Origin: Asterionella formosa
Taxonomy: Eukaryota
Assembly (NCBI GenBank): GCA_002256025.1
Contig: NKIB01000276.1
Location: 1-33,996, forward strand
Direction: 5' to 3'
Length of the DNA: 33,996 nucleotides
The stretch's first letter is position 1. The number at the start of each line of letters is the position of its first letter. Below, in pieces: positions 33,003 through 33,996 of this stretch. The notes under the pieces are model-generated. The model searched no databases. It saw only the letters and a program-made list of their open reading frames with translations, and was not told the DNA's origin. The position numbers and the translations under genes were made by a program.

Positions 33003-33171
33003 CAAATTTAGAAAGAGGTATCATACCATTAGTATTTGCTTGAAATATTGGCTTGTCATATTTACTTACAAACTAATAAATCTGATAAATTTTTATTTAG
33101 ATTATTCCATTCAGAACATAAGTCTCAGTAATCTCACGATAATAACAGAAAATAGCTCAACCTGCATATTA

Positions 33172-33996
33172 TTACATAACTGTACATCCCCCACGCTTCC
33201 CCTTATAAATCTTGGCCAATTTCATAGTATCTACCCATGAACTCAAATTCTTTGTATTGGGATTCCATTGCTTAGGCTCCCTATCCAACAAGTTATTCAC
33301 GAGCCGAAGAAAGCCTTTCATGTCACCTTGGGGGTCGACAGTCATGACAGAGTCACCCAACAACAGCCTCAGAAATTGACGGACTTCGTCGATAGTCAAT
33401 TGCCGCTCATCGAGCAAGTCCAAGAGTCGATTATTGTAGCCCATCTCACGACATCGATGCAGAGGAAGGGCGTAGTTGAGCCACTTGTTATGTTCGTACA
33501 CTTCCTTGGCTTCTTCCATAAAATCATCAAGCACTTCCAGTGACAATTCCAACTGACTGTCCAAGCTGTTGTAGAATTCAACAACATCTTCCTCATCAGT
33601 GCAAAGTCTTATAACCACCCATACAGGAAGTCCTTCGAGGGATTTCAAGGCGTTTACAAGGTCCCTTTTCGTGCTATCATTGCATGTACCAAAGCCATCG
33701 GTAGGAAGTCCGTCGGTAGCCAAAATAATGGCAACCTTGGTTCCGTCTTGTCGCAATTTAGGTTCTAGATTGAGCACATTTTGTCGAATCTCAAGAATGT
33801 GGGCGACCAATGGAGTAACGCCAGCCGGAGTAGCATTTAGCATGACAGACTGCGCTAGTACTACTTCATGGTCGAGATTGTCTGGTCCATTTTCGCCAAC
33901 GCTGAATTGCTGGGGCCCAACCGCTCTACCAGGATCATTGAGGAGACGAAAGACAGTAGGCGCTTGCAAAAGGGCCGCCATTTGGACATGGTAATC
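33172..33996 (-). CDS. VWA-domain protein paralog with C-terminal CaaX (CTVM); 5' end lies outside the window
   Basis: The frame is open to the window edge (DYHVQMAALLQ..., matching the 395-aa paralog); GVTPL and ILATDGLP; ends KIYKGKRGGCTVM*. Confidence 0.88.
   Translation of the reverse strand, partial: DYHVQMAALLQAPTVFRLLNDPGRAVGPQQFSVGENGPDNLDHEVVLAQSVMLNATPAGVTPLVAHILEIRQNVLNLEPKLRQDGTKVAIILATDGLPTDGFGTCNDSTKRDLVNALKSLEGLPVWVVIRLCTDEEDVVEFYNSLDSQLELSLEVLDDFMEEAKEVYEHNKWLNYALPLHRCREMGYNNRLLDLLDERQLTIDEVRQFLRLLLGDSVMTVDPQGDMKGFLRLVNNLLDREPKQWNPNTKNLSSWVDTMKLAKIYKGKRGGCTVM

Overview
Eukaryotic nuclear DNA: compact, nearly intron-free genes with one clear GT-AG intron. Gene content and style suggest a diatom/stramenopile (inference). 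It holds three local gene families: two tandem YneE/UPF0187-type bestrophin channels; three tandem secreted proteins built as signal peptide + Reeler-like domain + 6-Cys domain + Pro-rich stalk + a different low-complexity tail in each copy; and two CaaX-terminated VWA proteins plus a 300-bp fragment of one. Single-copy genes are an RRN7/TAF1B-like factor, a DHRS7B-like SDR, a CID-domain protein, a TrhO/TSTD2-like rhodanese fused to an RRM, and a short transcriptional-type cyclin. A decayed RNase H-bearing non-LTR retrotransposon lies beside an assembly gap flanked by poly-G and poly-C. Clusters of near-palindromic GGTACC/CCWGG/ACCGGT words recur in the 5' flanks of most genes. The best candidate for an undescribed system is the secreted triplet: near-constant head (97% nt identical between copies 1 and 2) with divergent Met/Gly-rich or Lys-rich tails. 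All domain calls are motif recognition by eye, with no database search.
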